A stretch of DNA of 64,000 nucleotides from Perkinsela sp. CCAP 1560/9 (taxonomy: Eukaryota > Protista > Euglenozoa: Kinetoplastea). Of the stretch, positions 11,300 through 23,005 are shown one piece after another. Every line of letters starts with the position of its first letter. Position 1 is the first letter of the stretch. Position numbers and translations under genes: made by a program. Location: the NCBI GenBank assembly GCA_965644495.1, contig CBFFSA010000001.1, positions 3,906,001-3,970,000 on the forward strand, read 5' to 3'. A model generated the notes under the pieces. It made no database searches and was not told where the DNA came from. It saw only the letters and a program-made list of their open reading frames with translations.

Positions 11300-12160
11300 A
11301 CGACGGTGATCAGTCTTCATACCATGTGCGTTTAAGTCTAGAACGATGTACAGGTCTGAGCTCGTTGTACTGTAGCGCGAGATCCCGGCCGAGATTCAAA
11401 TTCACGTGCAGAGTCGTCGTACAACTGCTGTATACTGCGTGTAGTTAACTGGTGAACTTCTGGAGTAATCAAACCGCGCGGATGAGAATCCAGGAATACT
11501 TTTCACGCCCCTTTAGGACGACGGCGAAAACGACTTGTTTGCATTCAGCAGTGTGATTCTGGCATGTGATCATGATATAATTATGTGTGGAATTTATGCT
11601 TTAATGACACTGCTTTATTGGCCCAAGTGCTACGTGTATGTTCTCCATGTTCAGGAAGACGGGGAAAGGAACTTTCGCCCAATTTTGGCATTGATTAGTA
11701 CACTGATTCTGATTATTCTTTTTGTATGTTATTTTAGAGTACGACAGGCGCGTACCCTACTTGGTGGTTGCTCTGCTTTCGGGCCTCCTTTGAACCGTGG
11801 CCATGTTGCCCGCAAAGATTGAGCATAAGCTTCTCTAGAGCTTCCGCCGACACAAATGCTCCGTGTGCCAGTCGATGACAGAGTAGCGCTCCGCCACGCC
11901 GTCAAGACAAAGACAACACCGTCAGATAAGTGCCGCCGTCTTGAAGATTGTGTACTGGAGTTGAGGGAGATTCATCAACAGCTTTGCATAATACACTGCC
12001 TCCGGCTTCTCCCCTATAGCCAGTCGAACTTTGTTTTTGATACCTGGGGTCATCCAGGGTTCGATGGTTAATCCCCCCTGCGAGAGGCACTCGTGCAGCT
12101 GACAGCCGCAGTGAGGGTCTTCACGCGTGCCGATTACCTCAGCGAAAGCTTTTTTCATAT
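11300..12160 (-). pseudogene. Degraded transposase-like remnant (possibly Kolobok-like)
   Basis: Broken minus-strand frames containing IDWHTEHLCRRKL and ..REFESR..LALQYNELR; weak inverted flanks (TAACTACAGACT near 11226 and 12350). Confidence 0.3.
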
Positions 12161-12451
12161 CTTGTCTATGACGTTCCTGTCGGTCTTCTTTGCCGCTGTT
12201 CAGGATCGCAGCTACTTTCTCTGGGCGATACTGCTCGCATTCGGATAGGCTATCGTCCTATAAGGCTATCGTCCTGTAAGTCCGACAGCAGAGTGAGGCC
12301 CATGCGCTTCATGGAACAGCGTTCCACAAAAGAGAGAATTGTGTGTAGTCTGTAGTTATTTTTGCAGTTCTGGGGCCTGGGATAACTTCTGGTAGGGTGT
12401 CTACCATAATTGCAAAGACAGAGTAGATTACACTACTAAGTAGTGTTAAAA

Positions 12452-12520
12452 GTACTTACAGCTCAAGTAAGTCCTACAGCTCAAGTACTTACAGCTCAAG
12501 TAAGTACTACAGCTCAAGTA
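12452..12520. repeat. Short tandem repeat, four copies of TACAGCTCAAGTA
   Basis: Read directly from the sequence. Confidence 0.8.
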
Positions 12521-13323
12521 AAAACTGGTACTCCTCCGGCATAGAGTAGAAAGAACCCGTACTCTGGGCGGGAGGTAAGAACGATTCTTTCTCTGAGGAC
12601 GCCAACTAGACTCACTTCCCGCTGGTAAACGCAGTCAACTCTAGCCCTGCAAGGTACAGGCCTAGGTCAAACGCATCCCCCTCCCCCGTTTTTGAGCGAA
12701 ACAATAAACAAGCCATAACCCCATCAGCTTTCCACGTGCGGGGGTATGTGGCCCCGGGACCATTTAACAGGGTTGGAGTTCGCTGCGTACACCAGCGGGA
12801 AGTACATGGATATGGGGCGTAGAGCAGTAAATCGTAAATAGAATTAGCAGTGACACCAGTTACTCTCCAAAAAAAAAGGAATTCGTGTAAGCTTTTACGC
12901 TGCAGGTTCTGAAATATTTTGAGAAGCAATCAAACAATGAAAAAGAAGTTGACGTGTTTCCTCCCGAGAAAGTTTAATCGTTTCTCTGCGTGCTGAGGGT
13001 CAAACAACTCCGAGATTTGTAGTGTAGATCGGCTCTATTGAAAGAAACTTTATGTTTCGGTTGCTTTCTCTAGGGTCTCGACAAGGCTTTTTAGTGGAGT
13101 AGATTTTTGAATTGATTAATTTAGATTCTTTCTCGGTAAATCAATTTGTAGAGACTAAGCGTTTACTGGAGCGGTACCTATAAATTTACAATGACCGCAA
13201 TATCTTTTTTTGTCACAATAACATTTCGCTCATTTGTTGATTTTATAAGGAAGCATTTGGAAATTTAATAAGCAGTTTTTCATCGTGCACTTCTTGAATT
13301 ATCGAACGTTTGTTTTGAAATCT

Positions 13324-14025
13324 ATGAATCGCTCTTGCATTTCTCGTCCTGGAAAGACACGCGGAGTAGGAATGCCACAAGAGTATGAACTCGCACAGTT
13401 TACGCGCAGCATGCTTAATCTACACAACTCATGGAATACAAGCACAACGGCTTGTAATTGGAGTGGAGTAAAATGTGACAAAGACGAGCGTATTATCAAA
13501 CTTAAGTGGTATGAACGTCGCATTTCTGGGAAGGCATGCTGGGAATATTTGCCGTCGCATTTAAAGGATGTAGATGTCTCCTCCAATCAACTAGAAGGGT
13601 CACTTGATCTGACTTGTCTCCCTTTGGGACTAGAACGATTTGATGTAAGTAAAAACGGACTTTCTGGATCTGTTACTCTTCATGCTCTGCCCCCTCAGTT
13701 ACAAGTGATCGATCTCTCGGACAATCGCTTTTCTTCTGATATTGATCTCACTAATCTTCCACCCGAGCTATATTTCTTTGGTATTTCGAATAACAGGTGC
13801 ACTGGATCATTAAATTTCGATGGCATTCCAGAAAAACTTATTGTTTTATATTTGGATGGAAACGACTTCGACACAGAAATCGATTTTTCGCGATTTCCTA
13901 CTACTCTCAAAAGCCTATATATACAGAATAATCCTAAGGTTAGGGGTTCCGTTTCAGAAAGCGTGATATCATCTTTTAAACGATATGACTGGAAAGGAAC
14001 TGGAATTGAAAAAGTAACTTATTAA
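13324..14025 (+). CDS. Small LRR protein
   Basis: RPGKTRGVGMPQEYEL, ACNWSGVKCD cap, about 7 LRRs. Confidence 0.88.
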   Translation: MNRSCISRPGKTRGVGMPQEYELAQFTRSMLNLHNSWNTSTTACNWSGVKCDKDERIIKLKWYERRISGKACWEYLPSHLKDVDVSSNQLEGSLDLTCLPLGLERFDVSKNGLSGSVTLHALPPQLQVIDLSDNRFSSDIDLTNLPPELYFFGISNNRCTGSLNFDGIPEKLIVLYLDGNDFDTEIDFSRFPTTLKSLYIQNNPKVRGSVSESVISSFKRYDWKGTGIEKVTY

Positions 14026-15142
14026 CCCATATAAAATGGTACTAATAACTTATTAGTAATAAGTTTTCTCTGTAGGGAATTTTTAGATGGGCTACCGGCA
14101 GCATAATTTTACAGCATTTATATTGCTCGGAAAAAGGAATGAAAAAATCATTTTCTAGCAAAATATTTTTTTAAAAATGTTGTTACATAAAGATGGGCGA
14201 CATACAGCAAAGGGGAATAATCTCTCTTTTTTCCATGCAACGTGATAGCTCACAAAACGCTTTGCACAATTCCCCATACGTGCCTGCATCCTATGCAGGC
14301 CAGGGGAGAACGGAACTACCTGCACCACGGAACGTGGCACGCGTCTTGATATGGGCCTGGAAGTTGTCGGTGGCAATCGTGGCCGCTGGTTGTCGCTTTA
14401 GATATTGAAGAAATCCCCGTGGCTTACGGCAGAAACGGAAATTAGGGAAATTTAAAAATAACAAAACTTTAATTAGCCTCATAATAGGCTAATTAAATTA
14501 ATTAAAACGACGAGAAGAAGTGACGAGCTGTACTTTTCCGAACCATAATCGCATTGTCTAGTTGTCGGTGCAACTCATATGCATTGTGATCAGTGCTGCG
14601 ATGACCCCGTATGTATTCACCAAACCAATCTTCTTCATGAGATGGGTGTGGGAACCACAAGGTCGGTCATTCGGAACAGGACCCGCGGCAGGAATTTGGC
14701 TACTTCCCATTCCTGGTGTGGGGACAGAAAAAGGTTTCCTCGACGTGCCCGATCGGTGTCTTTGTTTGAAATTTACTCATATGGTGGAAGAAACACAAAA
14801 AAAGAGAAGCTTTCGGAAACCTGAACATTCGAAATTCAAGAGGAAAAGTACTAAGTGCAATGCAACGTGCAAACAAAACTCAATTTTTTTATTTTAACTT
14901 AAGTGCATTGCATTATTGAGAGCATTGTATTATTTTTGACAAGTCTTATTCCTTCAATGGAGAATTATCATCCCGCTAATTTAAAATTAAATCTTCATTC
15001 AAATCCGTTCAAGACACTTTCGAATTGAAACCTTTTACTCACGATTGAGGCCAAATTTCCATCCTCATGATCATGAACGTAGTCTGTCTTTTCATACGGC
15101 GATAATTCGATCCTTTTTTGTTACTTACGTAGTGTTTTTCAC

Positions 15143-16168
15143 ATGCAAATCCCATTCCTCCGCGGCAAGCATTGTCCCGATGCCCTCCTTACGTCCTCAC
15201 AACGTATTCTCCAGCGCTTTCTCCCCCACACCACCTTTGCTCCCATTCTCCCCTACCCCTCTCTCCAACCCACCCCATCCCGCGACATTTCCCATTTCGT
15301 CGGCGCAGGCTTCACCACCGAGGACAACCTCCTCCCCCCTGAGCCTCCAAAAATACGACCCCCAACGACCACCCCCCCCACCCCCGAAACCCCCAGCCCC
15401 TCCCCTTTCTCCCTCCCCGTTTTCCACACCGCCCACACCTCCCCCCCCCTCTCCCTTCTCCCCCCCCTCTACCCCGACCTCTCCCCCCTCTCCCTGCTCC
15501 GCAGTCTCACCCCCGACCCCTTCCCCGGATGTCACCTCCGCTACAAGGACCGCCTCGACCTGTTCCCCCCCCAGGGCGTCGACACCGCTGCCGTGGAGAA
15601 CCACCTGATTTCATGTTTCAACCAAACTTGTAACCTTCTTTCTCGTATAATAAAAAAACAAGAGTTAAAAAAAATAACAATGGTAAGAAATGAAATGACC
15701 CGATCCCGCGGGCTCACTGCGTTGTTTGTCGCAACGGTGCAGAAACACGTGAGGGGGGAGTGCCCCGCGGTGGGGGTGGAGCTGGGGAGCCCGACGGAGG
15801 TGAACAACACGCTGGTGATGTTCCCCGAGAGGCTGGGGTTGGTGGTGCTAAACGATGTGGGGCGTTCAGCGGTGACGGAGAGACTGGTGGGGGGGCTTGC
15901 GGGGGGCGTGGGGTCGGGGTTTACGACGTTTTACGGGGAGAGGACGGGGGTGGAGGCGTATGTGGCGGCGACGAATGAGGAGGCGAACCCGGTGGGGCTG
16001 CTGCTGGCGGTGGGCCGGTATTGGGAGAAGACGGGGCATGAGAAAGAGGCCCGGGAGTTGGTGGCTCAGCTTCGGGAACGACTGGGTACGAAAGCGACAC
16101 GACCGAAAGGTTGGGGTGGGGATGTAGACATCGGTGCGTTTAATTCACAGATGTGTGTGCGGCATTAG
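15143..16168 (+). CDS. Divergent isocitrate/isopropylmalate dehydrogenase-fold protein, probably mitochondrial
   Basis: LVMFPERLGLVVLND..., GGLAGGVG, ANPVGLLLA and terminal WGGD resemble IDH3/IPMDH C-terminal motifs; catalytic motifs look eroded. Confidence 0.5.
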   Translation: MQIPFLRGKHCPDALLTSSQRILQRFLPHTTFAPILPYPSLQPTPSRDISHFVGAGFTTEDNLLPPEPPKIRPPTTTPPTPETPSPSPFSLPVFHTAHTSPPLSLLPPLYPDLSPLSLLRSLTPDPFPGCHLRYKDRLDLFPPQGVDTAAVENHLISCFNQTCNLLSRIIKKQELKKITMVRNEMTRSRGLTALFVATVQKHVRGECPAVGVELGSPTEVNNTLVMFPERLGLVVLNDVGRSAVTERLVGGLAGGVGSGFTTFYGERTGVEAYVAATNEEANPVGLLLAVGRYWEKTGHEKEARELVAQLRERLGTKATRPKGWGGDVDIGAFNSQMCVRH

Positions 16169-16551
16169 AAAAGGAGCGCACGAATTTTGAAATTTTGATG
16201 CCATAAACGAGGAAATGGGTTAGAAAGCTACAAATAGATATGCTATAGAGGTATGACCTTTGTTGAACACGGTGAACCAAGATATTATTTGTCTCTGAAC
16301 CTCCTCTTTTTGTTGTACACCTATTTTCATGAGTTTAAAATAGAAGGCTTAAAATCATACAAATTGGAAAGAAATTTACTTGTATAAAATAACGGTAACC
16401 TTTAGTCAAAAACTTATAGAGTTGAGACCTGCATTTTTTCGCTTGCAAAACTTCGAGCAATAACGCAATTCATCCCAGCTTGAAAACTCAAATTTCTTTC
16501 CCCTTTCCTTTTATTATTTTTTCCTCTTTTTATTCTACTCCTCCTTATCCC

Positions 16552-17079
16552 ATGCCTCGACGCCCCACTACCACCGACGACGAGCTCCTGGAGGGACAAA
16601 TCCACGCCAACGAGGTCCCCATCCCCAATACCCTGTTCGCGTGTTCCGGGATCCTCACCTCTCTGGTCCCGACGTATTTCTACTTCACCGGGATGGACCT
16701 TTACGCCGCGCAGCAGCCCTACGACCTCGGCTTGCTTTTAGCATTTCCTCTTCTTGCGGCCTACTTTTTGTGGCGAAGCTACCAGGTGCTTTTTCAAACC
16801 GAGTACCACAAGAAGCAGCGGCATCTCGAGGGCGGCAAGAAGAATCCAACAATAGCACAACTACGCTGGGAATCTGCCTCCCATTGGTCCATGTTTGTGG
16901 TGAATCTCGTGTTCCTGCTGCTAACGGGAGTGCTGCGAAAATATGTGTTTCAAAGCATGGAGGAGCGGTTGAGTCTCATTCTCACGTTTGCGTTATCCAG
17001 CCTAGCGGTGTATGTGCTAACGCTAAAGAATGAGGAGGCATATCAGCGTAGACGCGAGCTGTTTACGTCCAGTCGGTGA
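16552..17079 (+). CDS. Translocon-associated protein gamma (TRAP-gamma/SSR3)-like membrane protein
   Basis: About 175 aa with an N-terminal DELL, four TM segments and ESASHWSMFVVNLVFL, similar to the TRAP-gamma EA..FS.F..N..FL motif. Confidence 0.6.
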   Translation: MPRRPTTTDDELLEGQIHANEVPIPNTLFACSGILTSLVPTYFYFTGMDLYAAQQPYDLGLLLAFPLLAAYFLWRSYQVLFQTEYHKKQRHLEGGKKNPTIAQLRWESASHWSMFVVNLVFLLLTGVLRKYVFQSMEERLSLILTFALSSLAVYVLTLKNEEAYQRRRELFTSSR

Positions 17080-17498
17080 GCGAATGGAAATGTTGGAGTT
17101 TTATAGGGGCAATGACAAGCAAATGCAGGAACACGGTTCACGTTCTTTTTTGAGCAGAAAAGACCGCGCAATTTTATACCGTGAATAGTTATTAGAAATA
17201 GAAAAAATATTAATTGCTCATCTTAAAGAAATGCATGTCTACGAACTTCCGGCAAACTTTTTCTTACTTTCGGCTTCTTTTCAGGAAATTTCAATACCCA
17301 TTACCGGACTCTGCAGTTTCTCCCTACAAAAACATGCATGTATACTGACAATCGAAGTATGAATCGGAAGTCACATGGTTGTAAAATACTACGCTCCCTG
17401 ATAATGGAGTACTATCATTGCATGATTCCATTCAATGTCATTTGGACACAATCACCATGTTTCGTCACATTAGGTCATTTCTTCATGTTACTATCACA

Positions 17499-18341
17499 AT
17501 GACGGCCATCTTAGACACTGCGGATAGGATACCTAAAGCTTCTCGGGTGCGTGGGGCATCCCTCCCGAAAGAATATGAGCTCTGTCGTGTCTTGCATAAT
17601 ATTTCAAATCATCATCCCTCATGGACTACAGAGACCCCCGCATGTAGTTGGAAAGGTGTAACATGTGACTCCAAGATGCAAGTCAGGGAAATCAGGTGGA
17701 ACGTTATGGATCTTCGAGGCACCATATCATGGCGTCATATTCCAGTGAGTGTTAAAGTCTTGATTTTAGGTAGCTTCTTTATTTATTCAGCGAAGCCGAA
17801 CGAAATTACGGGAGAACTTCCTGTTCTTGACTTACCACCGCGTCTAAAAAGGTTCGTGTTGGATGGCAACAATATGACCGGGAACATTGACTTAGAACAT
17901 CTCCCTGCGGAGTTGACTGCCTTTGAAGCGGCGAAAAATTGCTTTGAGGGAACTGTATCTTTATCATCTCTACCTCGTCGCCTACTTGTCTTGGATCTGC
18001 AACGTAATCTGCTTTCTGGGGAGCTTGATCTCTCAAACTTACCTCCAAAATTAGAAAAACTGTATTTCGCGAATAACCAGTTTAGCGGGGGCTTAATTCT
18101 TAAAAATCTGCCATTTTCTCTCGCACGACTTGATCTAGACGATAATAACCTAAGTGGAGAATTAGAGTTGGATTGTCTTCCATCTAAAATGAGGTACCTT
18201 CTACTTAAGAATAATGCTTTTGAAGGACTCGTTGACCTCCGAAATCTGTCAGAGCGTTTCGTCTCGCTGGACCTTCGGGGAAACAAGATTACCTCTGTGG
18301 AACCAACTCCCTTCCCAGGGTTCCTGAAATGTGATCTATAA
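17499..18341 (+). CDS. Small LRR protein
   Basis: KASRVRGASLPKEYEL, ACSWKGVTCD, about 8 LRRs; tandem paralog of 18853. Confidence 0.9.
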   Translation: MTAILDTADRIPKASRVRGASLPKEYELCRVLHNISNHHPSWTTETPACSWKGVTCDSKMQVREIRWNVMDLRGTISWRHIPVSVKVLILGSFFIYSAKPNEITGELPVLDLPPRLKRFVLDGNNMTGNIDLEHLPAELTAFEAAKNCFEGTVSLSSLPRRLLVLDLQRNLLSGELDLSNLPPKLEKLYFANNQFSGGLILKNLPFSLARLDLDDNNLSGELELDCLPSKMRYLLLKNNAFEGLVDLRNLSERFVSLDLRGNKITSVEPTPFPGFLKCDL

Positions 18342-18351
18342 GACCATGGTC

Positions 18352-18724
18352 CTTTTGGAATGAATATTTGGTAAAGATTTTGTTTCACCTTACATTGGAG
18401 CCTGTGCTAAACCCCATTAAAGAATAAAAACACTTTAAACAACACATTCAATTTCTTGATTCCATTTTTAAGTACTTTCGGAATGAAAGATTTGGAAATG
18501 ATTGTGTTTCGCTTTACACTGGAGTCTGTGCTAAACCCCTTTAATGAATAAAAACACTTTAAACAACACATTCAATTTATTTATTCCATTTTTAAAGAAC
18601 TTTTGGAATGAAAGATTTGGAAAAGATTCTGTTTCGCTTTACATTGGAGTCTGTGCTAATCCCCTTTAACGAATGAAACACTTTAAATAACACATTCAAT
18701 TTCTTGATTCCATTTTTAAAGAAC
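18352..18724. repeat. Three tandem ~124-bp repeats between duplicated LRR genes
   Basis: Unit CTTTTGGAATGAA...TACATTGGAG.CTGTGCTAA...CACATTCAATT...TTCCATTTTTAA starts at about 18352, 18476 and 18600. Confidence 0.85.
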
Positions 18725-18852
18725 TGAAAAAGACGTCAGTTGTGGTTCCGACTTCAACGGACACGTTGCCGCGAAGCGGCGACGCTTTTTTCCCCTTATT
18801 TTTTCTTTTTTCATCAGTTTCAAATTAGCTTTAGACCGCTGTTACGATCACA

Positions 18853-19695
18853 ATGACTATCATCTTAGATGCGGCGGATAATATGCCTAAAGCGGCTCGC
18901 GTGCGTGGGACATCCCTCCCGCAAGAATATGAGCTCTGTCGTGTCTTGGCCAACATTTCAAGTCATCATCCCTCATGGACTACAGAGACCCCCGCATGTA
19001 ACTGGAAAGGTATAACATGTGACTCCAACCTGCAGGTCACTGAAATTAAGTGGAGCGTTATGCATCTTCGAGGCACCATATCATGGCGTCATATTCCAGT
19101 GAGTGTACAAGTCTTGATTTTAGGTAGCTTCTTCACTTATTCAGCGAAGCCAAACGAAATTACGGGAGAACTTCCTGTTCTTGAGTTGCCACCGCGGCTA
19201 ACAAAGTTCGTGTTGGATGGCAACAATATGACCGGGAACATTGACTTAGAACATCTCCCTGCGGAGTTGACTGCCTTTGAAGCGGCGAAAAATTGCTTTG
19301 AGGGAACTGTATCTTTATCATCTCTACCTCGTCATCTATTTGTATTAGATCTTCAAGATAATTTGCTTTCTGGGGAGTTTGATCTCTCAAACTTACCTCC
19401 GAACATGCAAACAATGTACTTCGGGAATAACCAGTTTAGCGGGAGCTTAATTCTTAAAAATCTTCCAATTTCCCTCGACCGACTTGATCTAGACGATAAT
19501 AACCTAAGTGGAGAATTAGAGTTGGATTGTCTTCCATCTAAAATGAGGTACCTTCTACTTAAGAATAATGCAATTGAAGGACACGTTGACCTCCGAAATC
19601 TCTCAGAGCGTTTCATCTCGCTGGACCTTCGGGGAAACAAGATTACCTCTGCGGAGCCAACTCCCTTCCCATATGCCCTGAAATGTGATCTATAA
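18853..19695 (+). CDS. Small LRR protein
   Basis: Near-identical to 47539-48378 and very similar to 17499-18341. Confidence 0.9.
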   Translation: MTIILDAADNMPKAARVRGTSLPQEYELCRVLANISSHHPSWTTETPACNWKGITCDSNLQVTEIKWSVMHLRGTISWRHIPVSVQVLILGSFFTYSAKPNEITGELPVLELPPRLTKFVLDGNNMTGNIDLEHLPAELTAFEAAKNCFEGTVSLSSLPRHLFVLDLQDNLLSGEFDLSNLPPNMQTMYFGNNQFSGSLILKNLPISLDRLDLDDNNLSGELELDCLPSKMRYLLLKNNAIEGHVDLRNLSERFISLDLRGNKITSAEPTPFPYALKCDL

Positions 19696-19866
19696 GACCA
19701 TGGTCCTTTTACTTTGATCGACTGATGATACCACGGTCCTTTTGGAATGAAAATTCGGAATTGTTTTGTGTTTCGATTTACATTACTACATTTTATCTGC
19801 TTTTACCAAGTCATTTTTAAGTGGAATTAAAAACTTGCGCAAGCGTTTTTTTATTTAGTTTTGTAC

Positions 19867-21336
19867 ATGGGCAAGAATCGTTCGGGGACTGACGAAAACA
19901 GCTCCCATTCCACACACCGGAAGTTAGCGACTTCTCAACCAAAGGCCGACAAAAAGATATTCGTGGAAGGTCTGCCTTTTCACAAGACGGCTGAAATTGA
20001 AAACAACTTTTACGCTCTGTGTACGTCGCTCGGTCTACATGGTGTTACGCGCCTCGTACAAAAGAAAGGTTATGGGTTTGGCTATCTAGTATTCCGTTCT
20101 GCTTCTGAAGCTGCGAAAGCGATACAAATTTTACACGGAGCCAAATTTGAGGGAAGAATGCTTCGTGTGGAAGCCCCGAAGCCTCCAAACAAACAATCGG
20201 CGTATCATGCGACAGGTCAGCGTTTTCCCGATACATTCCTACGTCAAATTTTATTGAGTAATCTTCCACCCTTTGTGACACAAGAAATTTTAAAAGATGC
20301 TTTGCGTGATGTGTTACCCGTTCTTCTCTACAATGATATTGAGGATATCAAGTTGACCCGACACAACAAGGCATTTGTGACCATGCGCGCTTCGCAAAAC
20401 GCAGAGCAAAGAGGTAAAATTCAGCTTCCTTCCGAGGAAATGTCTCCTAATCCTGTTTCCTCCGCATTGACTGAGATTCTGTGTGCTCTGACGCAGAGTA
20501 GTCGTTTTCAGCTCATGGGTTATCAAGTCGACGTGACCCGTGCACTCCCTCCCTCCTCCACCCATGGAAAAGCACCCAACAAGGATGAGATTGACTCAAA
20601 CTGGGCCCAGCTCGCAGAGGAATATACCACCCAGTCACGACAGAACACAAACCATCGAAACGCGGCTTCCAAACCAAACACCAAGCTCCTCCAAAAAACA
20701 CACCCTCAGGAAATCTCCACAACGTCCACAAACTCTCCCTGTTCGTCGTCACCTCCCCCCGAGCATCTCCGCACACGAAAACGAACCCTTCCTCACTCAC
20801 TTCACAAATCCAAACCCACTTCACCAACCCCCCTACATCCACCCGAATCCCCACACCGCGAACCCGTCAAACCCCACAAGAAACCCAACCCCCCCACGCA
20901 TCCCCCCGACCACTACCCCATCCTCCTCGGAGGGCTCGGGGCCGGGTGTACCCTCTCGGAGCTCCGGGGTCTCCTTCACTCCCGCGTAATGAGGGATATC
21001 CCCTCCCCCTCCCCCAATCATGAGTTACCCACAACAGTAACAACAACAACAAAGTCCCATAATAATGAAAGAAACAATAAAACAACAACAACAACAACGA
21101 AGGGCCATCCTAATAAAAGAAACCATAAAACCAAAACCCATCCCACCCACGACCCCCCGCCGTTCACGTGTGAGCTCGTGCTCAACGCCGCGACCCGGGC
21201 CCCAAGTGGGATGGCTCGGGTCCGGGCCAAAACGGTGGAGACCGCGAAGGCGGTGCTGGGGCTGGATGGCACCCCGTGGAGCCGCGGGGGGGCCTCCGGG
21301 GAGGGGGTGCTGAGGGCCGAGATGGAGTCCAGGTGA
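19867..21336 (+). CDS. RRM RNA-binding protein (2-3 RRMs)
   Basis: KIFVEGLP (RNP2) and GFGYLVF (RNP1), ILLSNLP, ILLGGLG; low-complexity linkers. Confidence 0.8.
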   Translation: MGKNRSGTDENSSHSTHRKLATSQPKADKKIFVEGLPFHKTAEIENNFYALCTSLGLHGVTRLVQKKGYGFGYLVFRSASEAAKAIQILHGAKFEGRMLRVEAPKPPNKQSAYHATGQRFPDTFLRQILLSNLPPFVTQEILKDALRDVLPVLLYNDIEDIKLTRHNKAFVTMRASQNAEQRGKIQLPSEEMSPNPVSSALTEILCALTQSSRFQLMGYQVDVTRALPPSSTHGKAPNKDEIDSNWAQLAEEYTTQSRQNTNHRNAASKPNTKLLQKTHPQEISTTSTNSPCSSSPPPEHLRTRKRTLPHSLHKSKPTSPTPLHPPESPHREPVKPHKKPNPPTHPPDHYPILLGGLGAGCTLSELRGLLHSRVMRDIPSPSPNHELPTTVTTTTKSHNNERNNKTTTTTTKGHPNKRNHKTKTHPTHDPPPFTCELVLNAATRAPSGMARVRAKTVETAKAVLGLDGTPWSRGGASGEGVLRAEMESR

Positions 21337-21903
21337 GGGGGGAGGGGGGGGGAGAGAGGGAAGGCCTCTCTCCTCCAAGGTTTGATGGTGGACGCTTTCC
21401 TATGGATGGTGTCCTCCTTGGGGGGGTAGAAGAGGTGTGGTGGTGGTGGTGGTGGTGGTGGTGGGATTATAGGGGGGGGGATGGAGGAAGATAGGCAGTT
21501 GATGGGATGGGGTAAGGGTGGGTGAGGAGGGTGTTTAAGGGGCTTATGGATTTCGTTCTGAATGTTTAGAAGGTTTTATTATTTTAGCTGCTCCGTTAAA
21601 TCGGGTGGTTGTTTAGGACTACAGTACGAACTTCTTACTGAGAAGGTACTATTTTCTAACCTTCTTCAATCAATATCAATATTACCTTCTTACTAAGAAG
21701 GTACTACTGATGTGCGCCTTGCGTTGAAAACTATTTCTGTGTTGGGAATTTTAAAAAAGTACATGCGAGTACTCCCCCTTTCACAACTATTTATATGTTC
21801 GGTCTGCCGGCTTTTTCTTCCCATTTATAAAAGTGCATACGCTCCAAGAATTCTTACAATAGTTTTATTTTTTTAATAGTTTTGAAAATGTCATAATTTT
21901 AAT

Positions 21904-22420
21904 TCAAAACTTTTGAAAGCGTTGACAAGTTATTATTGGATTTAGTGCTCTGAGAGCAAAAATGCGCAAACAGCCTCCATTTTTGTAGTGAAGCAGTTTG
22001 TGCTCGTCTAAATGCCCAAAAAGCCGTTCTATTCGGTTTCTCACAAATCGAAAATTTATGTCAAATAGGTCATCAACGGAAGAAACTGTTTCTTGGCATG
22101 GGCAGTGGCGCACAGATCGGTAGGCCTTGTCCGCAATCACCATTTCATCCACCTTGTGAGTCCATCCATAAATATCGGACTCAGCCATGCATTCACTGTC
22201 GTGCATGCTACCTTCAAAAGGTCCACTCCACGCTAAGGGGGGCAGCCATCCATCATGATGAAGACCTGAAAGGTCCAGTATTTTGTGGCGTGCTTTTTTT
22301 TGTGGACGCCTTCTGAAGACGGAAGAAGTCCATCGACAATGGAATTACATGTGAAATAGTTCTCTTCGAGTACTCTAGATCTTCTTTCAACATCAGCGAA
22401 TCAAACTTCTGAGAAAAGTA
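21904..22420 (-). pseudogene. PIF/Harbinger (DDE_Tnp_4-type) transposase remnant
   Basis: Minus strand reads KHATKY..QV...DG, FEGSMHDSE, IADKAY and RNRIERLFGHL across frameshifts. Confidence 0.65.
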
Positions 22421-22421
22421 A

Positions 22422-23005
22422 TTTTTTTTGATGTTCATGCGCTCATTGGCGCAGAGATACAGTCCTTGATGCGACGGCCGATATCATCGGCACATGATCC
22501 GCCCACAACGGATGTCGCACCAAGGGGCATTTGGCACGGATCGGTCGGTAAAGGGGGTTCAGGCAACTCGCCCTCTCTTTACGCAGCCGGAGGGGTGTAC
22601 TGCAACCGACTCGGTCCCAGTCGGTAGAGGTGGTCCAGGCAACTCACCACCTCTTTACGCAGCCGGAGGGGCGCACTGCAACCGACCGCTGCCTCGCGAT
22701 AAAACGAAGCAGAGCCACGCCCAGTGGTGCTCAAGGGAGGCCACCATGGCGCATGGCTCCCCGGTAAGGAAAGGCGCGAAGGTAAGAAAGTCGGGGAGGG
22801 AAGAAAACTCACTGAAAGAGTGAGCCGGGGAGGGGTGATGGGGTGGAACCGCGTCCCCTGCTTCGCGGAGAAAGAGGGACAGTTTCGGCTTTAGTGCCGG
22901 CCGGCAACGGGCATATAAAACAGTAAGGGTATGCCCGTTGCCGGGGAAAGAAAGGATGAACTAAAGGATGTTGTACCAACAAGGTACAGAAACTGTATCT
23001 TTATC
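22422..23005 (-). mobile_element. ~600-bp structured non-coding element, copy A
   Basis: Reverse complement closely matches 31636-32214; ends in CATGAACATC-A8 on the minus strand. Confidence 0.85.

Noticed and set aside
12612-12929. Tyrosine recombinase fragment (LLFRSKT)
   Set aside because: No HxxR or catalytic Tyr motif could be found downstream.
18352-18724. CRISPR-like array
   Set aside because: Contiguous ~124-bp tandem units with no unique spacers, in a eukaryotic context without cas genes.
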